Assembly (NCBI GenBank): GCA_963762255.1
Contig: CAVXKA010000003.1
Coordinates: forward strand, 320,001 to 384,000
Direction of reading: 5' to 3'
From: Candidatus Eiseniibacteriota bacterium
GTDB lineage: Bacteria; Eisenbacteria; RBG-16-71-46; JABDJR01
DNA: 64,000 bases
Shown here: piece by piece, positions 14,564-24,228 of the stretch
Layout of the letters: each line of letters opens with the position of its first letter
Position numbering within the stretch: position 1 is the stretch's first letter
The notes under the pieces: generated by a model
The model's database searches: none
Seen by the model: only the letters and a program-made list of their open reading frames with translations
Told to the model about the DNA's origin: nothing
Position numbers and translations under genes: made by a program

Positions 14564-15052
14564 CTAGATCAACCGAAGCACGATCCGCAGCGCGAGGTTC
14601 GCGTACACCCCGGCCAGGAGATCGTCGACCACGATCCCCTTCCCGCCGGGCAGCCGTTGCGAGCGCCCCGCTGGAAACGGCTTCACGACATCGAAGATGC
14701 GAAACAGGACGAAGCCGATCCCGAGCGCGACCCACCGCGCGGTCCCGTCACCGGCGGCCGTGACACCGAGCATGGTGACGATCATGCCCGCCACCTCGTC
14801 GATCGTGATCGCCTTGGCATCGTGACCGTAGGTCTTCTCGGCGCGGTCGCTCACGACAACCGCATAGCCGGTCACCACGGCGAGCAGCGCGACTTGTATC
14901 CAGAGCGGCCACGCCATGAACGGGTAGAGCAGCGGCACTACCGCCAGCGAGGTCCACGTCGCCGGCGCGAAGGGAGCGGCTTCGCCGATCAGGAAGAACG
15001 TCGCACCCAGTCGCACGCCGAGCGGCGTGGGCGCAGAGGGGGTGCGCTTCAT
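14564..15052 (-). CDS. pgpA: phosphatidylglycerophosphatase A
   Basis: APATWTS, DAKAITIDEVAG, FRIFDVVKPFP, GIVVDDLLAG. Confidence 0.92.
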   Translation of the reverse strand: MKRTPSAPTPLGVRLGATFFLIGEAAPFAPATWTSLAVVPLLYPFMAWPLWIQVALLAVVTGYAVVVSDRAEKTYGHDAKAITIDEVAGMIVTMLGVTAAGDGTARWVALGIGFVLFRIFDVVKPFPAGRSQRLPGGKGIVVDDLLAGVYANLALRIVLRLI

Positions 15053-15660
15053 TCGTCGTCGTCCATGGACTTGCGCCCCTGGAGCGCGCGGGCGAGCGTG
15101 GCCTGGTCGGAGTACTCGAGGTCGCCCCCGACGGGGATGCCGCGGGCGATCCGGGTCACCCGCACCGCGCTCTCCTTGAGAAGATCGGCGAGAAAGTGCG
15201 CGGTGGCCTCGCCGGGCGGGTTGGGATTGGTGGCGAGGATGACCTCACGAACCTCACCGTACTTGACGCGCTCGATGAGTTCGCGCGCCCGGATGTCGTC
15301 CGGTCCCATGTTCTCGAGCGGGTTAAGCGCTCCACGCAGCACGTGGTACTGCCCCCGAAACCCGCCGCTCGCTTCGACCGCGAGCACGTCCATCGGCTGC
15401 TCGACCACGCAGATGACGTCGCGCTGTCGTTTCTGATCGCGGCAGATAAGACAGGGATCGTCCTCGGTGAAGTTCCCGCAGACGGTGCAGGTATGCACCT
15501 GCTCCTTCACCGCGCGGATCGCTTCGGCGAGCGCCAGCGCCTCTTCACGCGGAGCCTTCAGAAGGAAGAACGCGAGACGTTGCGCGCTCTTGCGGCCCAC
15601 GCCGGGCAGCTTGCTGAGCTCGTCGACCAGGGTCTCCACGGAACGGCTTGAGAACTGCAT
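15049..15660 (-). CDS. recR: recombination mediator RecR
   Basis: LPGVGRKSAQRLA, C4 zinc finger, TRIARGIPVGGDLEY. Confidence 0.97.
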   Translation of the reverse strand: MQFSSRSVETLVDELSKLPGVGRKSAQRLAFFLLKAPREEALALAEAIRAVKEQVHTCTVCGNFTEDDPCLICRDQKRQRDVICVVEQPMDVLAVEASGGFRGQYHVLRGALNPLENMGPDDIRARELIERVKYGEVREVILATNPNPPGEATAHFLADLLKESAVRVTRIARGIPVGGDLEYSDQATLARALQGRKSMDDDE

Positions 15661-15678
15661 GGGCGGGTTTGCCGGCGC

Positions 15679-15999
15679 CTAGAACATGCCGGGGAGCCCC
15701 ATCCCCCCGGTTGCTTTGGCCATTTCCTTCTGCATGAGCTCCTCGGCCTGCCGGCGCGCTTCACTGAACGCGGCCATCAGCATGTCCTCGAGCATCTCGA
15801 CGTCCTCCGGATCGACCGCGTCCGGCTTGATCTTGACGGACAGCAACTCCTGCTTGCCGTTCATGCGCACGGTGACCATGCCTCCGCCGGCCGTGCCCTC
15901 CACCTCGCGGCCGGCCAGATCCTCCTGGACGCGCGCCATCTTGGATTGCATCTCCTGGGCCTGCTTCATCAGCTTGCCCAGGTCTCCCATCCCCTTCAT
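15679..15999 (-). CDS. ybaB: YbaB/EbfC nucleoid-associated protein
   Basis: MKQAQEMQ, AGGGMVTV, DPEDVEMLED; between dnaX and recR. Confidence 0.95.
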   Translation of the reverse strand: MKGMGDLGKLMKQAQEMQSKMARVQEDLAGREVEGTAGGGMVTVRMNGKQELLSVKIKPDAVDPEDVEMLEDMLMAAFSEARRQAEELMQKEMAKATGGMGLPGMF

Positions 16000-16054
16000 G
16001 GTGTCGCTCTCCTGATCGTTTGGAAGTCCGTGTTGCGGCGCGCGGGCGAGCGCT

Positions 16055-17881
16055 CTAGGGAAGCACCTCGCCGTCGAACATGTCGAGGGCCTTTTGCAGC
16101 ATCGGCTCGTCGTTGAAGAGCTGCCCCATGCTGCGCGTGTCCTTCGCCGGGGGGGGAGGCGGCGGTTCATCCGCAGGGGCCGCCTCCTTCGTGACGGGGG
16201 CCGCCTCCTTTGCAGCGGGGGGCGCCTCCTTCGTCTCTTTCGCCTCTTTCGTCTCTTTCGCCGCCGCAGCCGGCTTCGGGGCGGACTTCGGCGCTACGGT
16301 CGGGCCCGCTTTCGGCGCTGCCCCCGAGGCCGCTTTCGGCGCGGCAGGTTTCGAGGCGCCCTCGATGCGCACCTCCGGCGTCTTCACGCCGAGGCCCCCA
16401 AGAAGCTCGCGGAAGAGCGTCTGCGTCTCGGGATCGCGCAGGATCTGCGTGAGCAGTCCTGCCCCCGAGCCGGCCCTGACCCGGAGCGCGCCGTCCGCGT
16501 CCGCTCCCGCGAACTCCGTTGCGTGGAGCGTTCCCCACAGCCGCATCGAGCGCGTGCGCAGCGCTTCGAGGAAGGCCCCCCACACGCCGCCCGGCTCCGA
16601 GGGGCGCGGCGGCGCGGGTGCGGGACGTGGCGCGGCGGGCGTTGCCACTGCCGCCTGGGCCGGCGCTTCCCCGCCCAATCGCGCCTCCAGATCCACCAGG
16701 CGCCGCGCGATCTCGGCGAGCGGCACCCGAGCCGCCGACTGCGCCATCTCAGCCAGCGCCAACTCCAACGTCAGCCGCGGATGATCGCTGCGCCGCAGGG
16801 ACACCGCGGTCTCGGCGGCGCGGTCCACCATCTCCACGAGCGTCTCGCGCGGGTACTTCTCGGCCTGGGCGCGATAGCGCGGAATCTCCGACTCCGGGAT
16901 GTCCAGGATGGAGGCAAGCGCCGGGTCGATGCGCAGGAGGAGCAGGTCGCGCCAGTGCGAGGTCAGGCTCTCGGCGACTTCACCCAGGTCGGCGCCTCTG
17001 GCGTATACCTCGTCGAGGAGCCGCAACGCTCCGGCAGCGTCGGCCGCAGCGAGGAGATCGCCGAGCACGAAGCAGAAGTCCGAGCCCACCAGGCCCAGCG
17101 TGCGCTCCACCACCGCGCGGTCCACCGGGCCGTCGGCGGCGGAGATGATCTGATCCATGAGCGAGAGCGCGTCGCGGAGCCCGCCGGCGGCGCGGCGCGC
17201 GACCAGGGCCAGCGCCTCGGGGGTGACCTCCACATGCGGCGTCTCTTCCCCGGTGGCCTTGTTCTGCTCGTCGATGGTCCGGTTCTCGCGCGCGAGGACC
17301 TCGGTCAACCGCGCGGAGATCTCGCGGGCCGGGATACGCGCGAAATCGAAGCGCTGGCACCTCGACAGGATCGTCCCCGGAACTTTGAAAGGCTCCGTGG
17401 TGGCGAAAACGAAGATCACGTGCTTGGGCGGCTCCTCGAGGGTCTTCAGGAGCGCGTTGAACGCCTCCGTGGTGAGCATGTGCACTTCGTCGATGATGTA
17501 GACCTTGTAGCGCATGCCCGACGGCGCGTAGCGCACGTTCTCGCGAAGCTCGCGCACCTCGTTGATGCCGCGGTTCGAGGCGCCGTCGATCTCGAGCACG
17601 TCGAGGCTGCGTCCGCTGGTGATGTCGAGGCAGGGCGTGCACACGTTGCACGGAGTGGCGGTCGGACCCTGCTCGCAGTTGAGCGCCTTGGCGAGGATGC
17701 GGGCGGCGGTGGTCTTGCCGACACCGCGAGGGCCGCAGAAGAGGTAGGCGTGGGCGACGCGATCGACCGCGATCGCGTTGGCCAGCGTCTGGGTGACGTG
17801 CTTCTGGCCGACGACGTCCTCGAAGGATTGCGGACGGTACTTGAGGGCCAGAACCCGGTACGACTCGGATGCCTTTGCCAT
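16055..17881 (-). CDS. dnaX: DNA polymerase III subunit gamma/tau
   Basis: LALKYRP, GPRGVGKTT, IDEVHML, LKTLEEPP, SRCQRF; Pro/Ala/Lys-rich C-terminal linker. Confidence 0.97.
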   Translation of the reverse strand: MAKASESYRVLALKYRPQSFEDVVGQKHVTQTLANAIAVDRVAHAYLFCGPRGVGKTTAARILAKALNCEQGPTATPCNVCTPCLDITSGRSLDVLEIDGASNRGINEVRELRENVRYAPSGMRYKVYIIDEVHMLTTEAFNALLKTLEEPPKHVIFVFATTEPFKVPGTILSRCQRFDFARIPAREISARLTEVLARENRTIDEQNKATGEETPHVEVTPEALALVARRAAGGLRDALSLMDQIISAADGPVDRAVVERTLGLVGSDFCFVLGDLLAAADAAGALRLLDEVYARGADLGEVAESLTSHWRDLLLLRIDPALASILDIPESEIPRYRAQAEKYPRETLVEMVDRAAETAVSLRRSDHPRLTLELALAEMAQSAARVPLAEIARRLVDLEARLGGEAPAQAAVATPAAPRPAPAPPRPSEPGGVWGAFLEALRTRSMRLWGTLHATEFAGADADGALRVRAGSGAGLLTQILRDPETQTLFRELLGGLGVKTPEVRIEGASKPAAPKAASGAAPKAGPTVAPKSAPKPAAAAKETKEAKETKEAPPAAKEAAPVTKEAAPADEPPPPPPAKDTRSMGQLFNDEPMLQKALDMFDGEVLP

Positions 17882-17957
17882 GGTTCTCTTCGCCCCCATC
17901 GCCTCATCCCGCCGCGGTCGGACACACCGACCGCGCCGGGCGGGCCTTCAGAAGAAA

Positions 17958-18229
17958 GGGGTCGTGCACCCGCTGTCGACCATCGCCGTACGCCGGCCGC
18001 AAGCAGCCAGCTCGGGCCAGGGACACCGACGGCACACCGAGCGTCTTGCTTACCGCTGCTACCTTCCGGTCCTCACGGGGTTCACAATGCTCGGTTGCGT
18101 CGGACCCGGCCTTCAACGCCGCCGTCTCTTACGGCCCGCACGCCCGACGAGGGCCTCGAACGGGAATTCAGCCCCGCTATAGCGGATTGCGGATGCAGGG
18201 CACCGCTAACTCCCCGCCTAGCACGACCC
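17958..18229 (-). ncRNA. ffs: signal recognition particle RNA, large bacterial type with Alu domain
   Basis: Helix 8 CCGTGAGGACCGGAAGGTAGCAGCGG; 5' GGGTCGTGC pairs with 3' GCACGACCC; ~270 nt; directly upstream of dnaX. Confidence 0.9.
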
Positions 18230-18277
18230 GCAAACAGACCGGTTCCGATCGGCCACTGCGGCAGGCGCCGACAAGAT

Positions 18278-18353
18278 TGGTGGAGATGAGCGGGATCGAA
18301 CCGCCGACCTCCTCGTTGCGAACGAGGCGCTCTCCCATCTGAGCTACATCCCC
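18278..18353 (-). tRNA. tRNA-Ala(CGC)
   Basis: GGGGATGTAGCTCAG...CCTCG TT CGC AA CGAGG...GGTTCGATCC...CTCCACCA, 76 nt. Confidence 0.95.
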
Positions 18354-18475
18354 AAAACAGCTTCGCGAGCCGGATTCGTCCCCGGGCGGGAGCCCGGGGA
18401 CGATCGCGAGCGACGTATTCTCCCACATCGGTGCGGGTGCGGGCAACAGCCGCAACACACGGCGTGCTGCGGCTA

Positions 18476-18567
<92 letters not shown>

Positions 18568-18643
18568 GCAAAACCATAGGGCGAGTGGGCGAACGAAACT
18601 GGCAAACCCACAGCCGGAGATCCACGACCGCCGCGCTATCTTC

Positions 18644-18694
18644 TGGCGGAGAGGGAGGGATGGTCGCGCTCGGCTTCGCCTCGCACGACATCCC
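18644..18694 (-). repeat. duplicated tRNA-Ser 3' end (18 nt) preceded by a GNA-capped hairpin
   Basis: ATCCCTCCCTCTCCGCCA repeated 108 bp downstream of the tRNA-Ser(GGA) 3' end; hairpin GGGAT GTCGTGC GA GGC GAA GCC GA GCGCGAC C ATCCC. Confidence 0.85.
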
Positions 18695-18750
18695 CTGAAC
18701 CTCGGCGCCTTCACCGGGATCGTCGAACCACAACCCGGTCAGCCAAGCCT

Positions 18751-18842
<92 letters not shown>

Positions 18843-19000
18843 GCGAAAGCCGGAATACGAAACCCCGCAATCGGATGGGCCGCATGTCCTGCGGGGGCCG
18901 GCGACCCAGGTCCAAAGCGGGCGCCGGATTATAGCGGAAACGCTCCCCGTGGGGCGAGGGAGTTTGCGGCCACCGTCCACGAATCCGCCGCTGCCGCCCC

Positions 19001-19480
19001 CTACGAATCGGTGCGCGCGTCGCGACGCAGGCGCTCGAAGAAGGTCTTGAGCAGGAGACCGCATTCCTCCGCCAGCGGTCCGGGGACGATCTCGGTGTGG
19101 TGGTTGAGCGCCTCGTGCCCCGAGACGTCGATCACCGACCCCAGCACGCCCCGCTTGGGATCCCTGGCCCCATACACCAGGCGACTCACGCGGCCCAGGA
19201 AGATCGCCCCGGCGCACATGAGGCAGGGCTCCAGCGTCACGTAGAGCGACGACCCTTCGATCCGCCAGCTCTCGAGCGTGTTGGCGGCGGCGGTGATGGC
19301 CAGCACTTCGGCGTGGGCGGTGGGGTCCTGCAGCGCCTCGGTGCGGTTGTGACCGCGCCCGAGAATGCGTCCACCCGAGACCACCACGGCCCCCACCGGT
19401 ACCTCGCCCTCCTCCGCGGCCAACTGCGCCTCGGCAAGGGCGAGCTGCATCCATCGCAGATCCTCCTCAGGCGTTGGCAC
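19001..19480 (-). CDS. tadA: tRNA adenosine(34) deaminase TadA
   Basis: EVPVGAV, TAHAE, TLEPCLMCAGA; start uncertain (GTG 19480 or 19507). Confidence 0.93.
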   Translation of the reverse strand: MPTPEEDLRWMQLALAEAQLAAEEGEVPVGAVVVSGGRILGRGHNRTEALQDPTAHAEVLAITAAANTLESWRIEGSSLYVTLEPCLMCAGAIFLGRVSRLVYGARDPKRGVLGSVIDVSGHEALNHHTEIVPGPLAEECGLLLKTFFERLRRDARTDS

Positions 19481-19519
19481 GATCGGGGAAGCGCCGGGAT
19501 CTATCACGCGCAGGCTCGA

Positions 19520-20242
19520 TCAGGGGGTCTTGCCGCCCGCGGCGGGCGCGGCCGAGCCGGTCAGGTTCGGCATGGTCGCCACCGCCTCGTTCGCGGCTTC
19601 GATCGCCACTTTCTCGATCAGCGGCGGGTCCGGCACCGAGCTGGTGCTGGTCGTTCGCGCCTCGCCCGACATGGTGGAGCGGACGTTGAAATCGGGATTG
19701 TAGGGCGGCGATTTGGCGAGCTTCGTGTGGTTGGCCGCCCACAGGAGCGTCGCATCGGGAGCGTACATCTCCACGGTCAGCCCCACCGTGGTGTTGGAAG
19801 TGCCCTCCTGGGTCGGTTCGAGCTTGAGACGTTCCCACTTGCTGACGTCCATGCACAGCACCGCGTCGTTGCCGGTCGCGTCGAGCAACTTGCCGAGCGG
19901 GGCCGCGTCGATGAGCCGTCGCTTGCGCCAGCTCTCCGCCACCCGGCTGTAGTCCTCCTGGACTCCCGCCTGCCGCACCTCGGACTCGAACATCTCCACC
20001 GTCGAGATCACGTACTTGGTGTTGGCCCCCATCGCCTGAAGGATGTAGTTGTACATCACGTCGGCGTCCGGGTTGCCTGAGGTATTCGTGAAGGTGAGCA
20101 CGGCCACCTGCTGCACTTGATAGTCTTGAGCGTTCGGGGCGAGGTCCACCTTGACCTTCACTCCTGCGCTCCCGCCCCCGCTGGACGCCTGACATCCCGC
20201 CAACAGCAACGCCGCCGACATCATTCCGATCCATCGTCTCAT
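19520..20242 (-). CDS. lipoprotein of unknown function
   Basis: Signal peptide with lipobox LLLAGC; AGGGAGG upstream. Confidence 0.7.
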   Translation of the reverse strand: MRRWIGMMSAALLLAGCQASSGGGSAGVKVKVDLAPNAQDYQVQQVAVLTFTNTSGNPDADVMYNYILQAMGANTKYVISTVEMFESEVRQAGVQEDYSRVAESWRKRRLIDAAPLGKLLDATGNDAVLCMDVSKWERLKLEPTQEGTSNTTVGLTVEMYAPDATLLWAANHTKLAKSPPYNPDFNVRSTMSGEARTTSTSSVPDPPLIEKVAIEAANEAVATMPNLTGSAAPAAGGKTP

Positions 20243-20336
20243 GAAGCCGCTTCCTCCCTGGGCCTTCAGCGGGGTGAACCAACGAGCAGATCCGGGACCA
20301 CGATACGCCTGGCGTGCAGTTCCGACAACAGCAGGC

Positions 20337-20855
20337 TCAGTCGCGAGGGTACGTCTCCTTGTAGTGGAGATAGTTCTCGACCCCGAAGAGGATGAGGTCT
20401 CTCACCTCGTCATCGGTGACTCGCCGGGCCACTCGGCCGGGCCGACCCATGACGAGGCTGCGCGGAGGCACCCGCGTACCCGGAGTGACCAGAGAGCCCG
20501 CGCCCACGATCGACTCTTCGCCGATGACCGCGCCGTCCATGATCGTCGAGCCCATCCCGATCAGAACGCGGTCCTTCACCGTGCAACCGTGCAGCAGGAT
20601 GTTGTGCCCCCCCACGACGTCGTTGCCGATGATCGTCGGCCACGTGTCGATGGAGACGTGGATCGTCGAATTGTCCTGGATGTTGGTGCGATCACCGATG
20701 CGAATGAAGTTCACGTCGCCGCGCACCACGACATTGAACCAGAGGCTGGCGTGCTCTCCGAGAACCGTGTCGCCGATCACGGTGGCGGTGGGAGCCAGAT
20801 ACGCGGATGCGGGAATGACGGGGGTCTTGCCGTGGTGCGGGAGAATGAGCGGCAT
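20337..20855 (-). CDS. gamma-class carbonic anhydrase family (YrdA-like hexapeptide repeat protein)
   Basis: VVRGDVNFIRIGDRTNIQDNSTIH, GHNILLHGC. Confidence 0.9.
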   Translation of the reverse strand: MPLILPHHGKTPVIPASAYLAPTATVIGDTVLGEHASLWFNVVVRGDVNFIRIGDRTNIQDNSTIHVSIDTWPTIIGNDVVGGHNILLHGCTVKDRVLIGMGSTIMDGAVIGEESIVGAGSLVTPGTRVPPRSLVMGRPGRVARRVTDDEVRDLILFGVENYLHYKETYPRD

Positions 20856-20878
20856 CGGTCGCTCCGTGCGAGAGGAGA

Positions 20879-20955
20879 TGGTGGGCCCAGAGGGACTCGA
20901 ACCCCCAACCTTTTGGTCCGTAGCCAAACGCTCTATCCAATTGAGCTATGGGCCC
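20879..20955 (-). tRNA. tRNA-Arg(ACG)
   Basis: GGGCCCATAGCTCAATTGGATAGAGCG TTTGG CT ACG GA CCAAA...GGTTCGAGTCC...CCCACCA, 77 nt. Confidence 0.95.
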
Positions 20956-21024
20956 ATCCGTAGTTGTATGGCCGACAAGGAATTAGGTCCGCGGACGAAC
21001 CCGTTTTCCCCGCAGCGCCCGTGG

Positions 21025-21053
21025 ATTATAGGGGCGGTCCCCCGCGCTTTCAA
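21025..21053 (-). promoter_or_regulatory. sigma70 promoter of tRNA-Arg(ACG)
   Basis: Minus strand TTGAAA-N17-TATAAT, ~70 nt upstream of the tRNA. Confidence 0.75.
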
Positions 21054-21081
21054 CCAGTCATTGAGCGGAGCTCGAGGAGTC

Positions 21082-22158
21082 TTAGGAAGCCGGGCTTCTC
21101 GGCGGGTGCCGCTCGACGAGGCGCCCTTCGAGATCCGGCGTCATGGAGACATGCCCCGCGTCATCCACCAGCACCGCACCAACACCGAGGCTTTCCGCGA
21201 GCGCCAGACCGCGCTTAGCTCCGAGCACCATGATCGCCGTGGAGAGCGCATCGGCCAAGGTCGCGTCGGGAGAGACGGTGGTCACGCTGCGCAGTCCCTT
21301 CGAGGGCATCCCGGTCCTGGGATCCAGAATGTGGTGATAGCGCACGCCGTCCAGAACGAAGTAGCGCTCATAGTCGCCGCTGGTGGAGGTGGAGGCGTCG
21401 GTGACGTCGAGCGTGGCGAAGTAATCCTCCGGCTCCCCACGCGGGTCGCGAATGCCGACGCGCCAGGGCTTCCCGTCCTTGTGCCCCCCCGCCATCACCT
21501 GGCCGCCGCCGAGAATGAGAAAGTCTCGCACGCCGCGCGCACGCAAGAGCTCTGCGGCGCGATCGAGCGCGTAGCCCTTGGCGATCCCACCGAGGCCAAT
21601 CTTCATGCCCGCCACCGGGAGATAGACCGTGCCCAGGGAGTCGCTCACCACGACCTTGCGGTAGTCGACAAGCGCGATGCGGGCGGCCACGTCTGCGGGA
21701 TCGGGCCCGCGCGGCTCGGCCGCCTTGAAGTCCCACAGTCCCCAGAGCGCCGCCCACGAGATCTCGAACGCACCGTCGCTGAGCGCACCGATCTCGATCC
21801 CGCGCCGGATCACATCGCGAAGATCCGCCGGCACCGCCACCGGGCGCACGCCAGCCTCGCGGTTCACCGCAGAGAGGGGCGATGTGTCCTTCCACTCGCT
21901 CATCCGGGTGTCCACCTGCCGGAAGACGGCGAACACGGAATCAGCGAGCGCGGCGGCGGCGTCCCCTTCCGGCAAGGTCACTCGAAACGTGGTGGCCATG
22001 ACGTCGGCGGAGAAGGTCGTGAACCCGGAGGGCGCTGCTGCCTCCCGCGTGCGCGGCCACTTGGGAGCGATGAGCCGTCCTGGAGAGGTCAAGAAGAGAA
22101 CGAGGGCGGTCACCGCGCTGAACGCGAGAACCAGACCCAACGAGGCGGATCGTTTCAC
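21082..22158 (-). CDS. apbE: FAD:protein FMN transferase ApbE
   Basis: GGIAKGYALD, W.VGIRDP, STSGDYERY, HHILDPRTG, ADALST; end of the rnf operon. Confidence 0.92.
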   Translation of the reverse strand: MKRSASLGLVLAFSAVTALVLFLTSPGRLIAPKWPRTREAAAPSGFTTFSADVMATTFRVTLPEGDAAAALADSVFAVFRQVDTRMSEWKDTSPLSAVNREAGVRPVAVPADLRDVIRRGIEIGALSDGAFEISWAALWGLWDFKAAEPRGPDPADVAARIALVDYRKVVVSDSLGTVYLPVAGMKIGLGGIAKGYALDRAAELLRARGVRDFLILGGGQVMAGGHKDGKPWRVGIRDPRGEPEDYFATLDVTDASTSTSGDYERYFVLDGVRYHHILDPRTGMPSKGLRSVTTVSPDATLADALSTAIMVLGAKRGLALAESLGVGAVLVDDAGHVSMTPDLEGRLVERHPPRSPAS

Positions 22159-22173
22159 GAGCGCCTGGGCTCC

Positions 22174-22345
22174 CTAGTGATGGTGGGAGTGTGCGTGGTG
22201 GGAATCATGGTGGTGGGTGCAGCGCCCGCACTTGCCCTCCACCCCGGGCTGGCCGGGATCGTGCTTGCCTACCCACCGCTGCACAACGACCCAGGCACCG
22301 CACAGAGCACCCCAGACCGAGTATGGGGAGGAGGAAATGAAGCAT
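22174..22345 (-). CDS. cryptic 56-aa membrane protein with CxxC and His-rich tail (+1 frameshift at 22310-22313)
   Basis: Removing one G from a G4 run gives MLHFLLPILGLGALCGAWVVVQRWVGKHDPGQPGVEGKCGRCTHHHDSHHAHSHHH*; GGGAG RBS; fills the rnfA-apbE gap. Confidence 0.7.
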
Positions 22346-22348
22346 GCT

Positions 22349-22927
22349 CTAACTCCCGCTGAAGAGGCCGGCGAAGCCCATGAAGGCCAGGGAGAGGATT
22401 CCCGAGATGAGGAGCACCATCGCCGTCCCTTTGAGCAGGGAGGGGATGTTGGACAACTCGGCCTCCTCGCGGATTCCCGCCATCAACACCAGCGCCAGGG
22501 CGAGCCCCGCGCCGCTGCCGATGGCGAAGACCAAACCCTCGATCAGATTGTACTCCCGGCTGGTCTGGAAGAGCGCCAGCGCCAGGATCGCGCAGTTGGT
22601 GGTGATGAGCGGCAGATAGATGCCGAGCGCGCGGAAGAGTCCGGGCGAGAGCTTCTTGATCACCATCTCCACGAACTGCACGGTGCTCGCGATGACCACG
22701 ATAAAGCTGATGAGGCGCAGGTACGAGGCGTCCCCGAGAATGTACTTGTTGAGCCCCCACACCGCAATCGAAGTGATGATCATCACGAAGATGTTGGCGA
22801 GGCCGAGGCGGAACGCGGTCTGCAGGTTGTTAGACACGCCGAAGAACGCGCACAGCCCCAGGAAGTACACCAGCGTGAAGTTGTTGATGAGGAGCGAACT
22901 CATGAGGATCCAGACGAGTCTGTCCAT
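22349..22927 (-). CDS. rnfA: Rnf complex subunit A
   Basis: INNFTLVYFLGLC, LGIYLPLITTNCAIL, MAGIRE. Confidence 0.93.
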   Translation of the reverse strand: MDRLVWILMSSLLINNFTLVYFLGLCAFFGVSNNLQTAFRLGLANIFVMIITSIAVWGLNKYILGDASYLRLISFIVVIASTVQFVEMVIKKLSPGLFRALGIYLPLITTNCAILALALFQTSREYNLIEGLVFAIGSGAGLALALVLMAGIREEAELSNIPSLLKGTAMVLLISGILSLAFMGFAGLFSGS

Positions 22928-22930
22928 GCT

Positions 22931-23578
22931 CTAGATCGCCTCCTGAGTCAGCTTTGCCGCCAGCTTCTGACGGCGTTCGATGATCGCCGAGATCGCATAG
23001 AGCAGAACACCGAGGCAGAGGAACCCGCCGGGAGGAAGGATCATGATGATCCATGGTTCGTAATTGGGCCCGAACAGGTTGACCCCGAAGATGGAACCAC
23101 TCCCGAGAATCTCCCGGATCGCCCCAAGGATGAGCAGGGCACCGGTGAACCCGATCCCGTTCCCCACCGCGTCGCCGGTGGATGGCAAGACCGGGTTATG
23201 GGCGGCGAAGGCCTCGGCGCGGCCCAGAATGATGCAGTTCACCACGATGAGGGCGATGAAGGCGGCCATCGACTTGTGGGCGGCGGGAGCGATCGCCTGC
23301 AGCGTGAAGTCCACCACCGTCACGAAGGTGGCGATGATGATGATGTAGGTCGAGATGCGCACCTGTCGGGGGATGAACCGGCGCAACGCCGAGATCATGT
23401 AGCTCGAACAGACAAGCACGAAGGTCGTAGCCACCCCCATGATGACCCCGTTGAGGGCGGTGTTGGTTACGGCAAGGGCGGGGCACATGCCGAGGATCTG
23501 GCGAAACGTGGGGTTCTCCGGCCCAATCCCCTTGATCATCTCGCTGTTGAAGGTCAGCTTCTTTCCCTGGGCGGACAT
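22931..23578 (-). CDS. rnfE: Rnf complex subunit E
   Basis: ENPTFRQILGMCPALAVT, LIVVNCIILGRAEAFA, ILPPGGF. Confidence 0.93.
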   Translation of the reverse strand: MSAQGKKLTFNSEMIKGIGPENPTFRQILGMCPALAVTNTALNGVIMGVATTFVLVCSSYMISALRRFIPRQVRISTYIIIIATFVTVVDFTLQAIAPAAHKSMAAFIALIVVNCIILGRAEAFAAHNPVLPSTGDAVGNGIGFTGALLILGAIREILGSGSIFGVNLFGPNYEPWIIMILPPGGFLCLGVLLYAISAIIERRQKLAAKLTQEAI

Positions 23579-23580
23579 GT

Positions 23581-24228
23581 TCAATCCCCTCCTGCCGAGG
23601 CGCTCTCCGCGCCGGCGAGCGGTGGTTCCTGCCCGGGCGCGGGAAGCCGGCCGAGCCATTCCGCGTTGCCGGCGTTGATGATCTTCACGATCGCCTTCGA
23701 GGAGATCGTTGCGCCGGTGATGGCGTCCACCTCGTTCGGGTTCGTCCCGTGCCCCTTGATGGCCACAACGTCCGGCGTCACGGCGAGATCGTGGAACTCC
23801 GCGAGGAACTTCTCGTCCTTGAGAATCTTGTCGCCGAGGCCCGGCGTCTCCCGGCTGTCCAGAACCTGCATTCCCACGATCTTCCTATCGCTGGTCTTGA
23901 AGCCGTAGATGAGCTGAATCGTGTCCTGGAAGCCCGGCCCTTCGCTGGGAATCGCATAGCCCACGAAGACCCCGGTCGAATCGTAGGCGGCGTAGATGAC
24001 CTTCTCTCCCTTGGCCGGTGCCTCGACCGAGATGAGCTTGGAGTCACGGAAGACCAGGGGCTGGAGCTTCGAGGAGCCGGGCAGCACGTTGAAGACCGCC
24101 AGCTCGAGGGCCGCCTGTTTGTTGGCGGTGATCTTGGGAAGGGTAATCAGATAGGAGCCGACGATGGCGAGGCCGGAGATCAGACCGGCGAAGGTGAGGG
24201 TGGCGACGAGTTTCCACATGCCGCTCAT
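23581..24228 (-). CDS. rnfG: Rnf complex subunit G
   Basis: N-terminal TM, ETPGLG, FMN attachment motif DAITGATISS. Confidence 0.92.
   Translation of the reverse strand: MSGMWKLVATLTFAGLISGLAIVGSYLITLPKITANKQAALELAVFNVLPGSSKLQPLVFRDSKLISVEAPAKGEKVIYAAYDSTGVFVGYAIPSEGPGFQDTIQLIYGFKTSDRKIVGMQVLDSRETPGLGDKILKDEKFLAEFHDLAVTPDVVAIKGHGTNPNEVDAITGATISSKAIVKIINAGNAEWLGRLPAPGQEPPLAGAESASAGGD

Noticed and set aside
16140-16370. Low-complexity repeats in dnaX (KETKEAKETKEA, PKAA) and a possible gamma/tau frameshift site
   Set aside because: Ordinary variable tau linker; no A-AAA-AAG slippery site was seen
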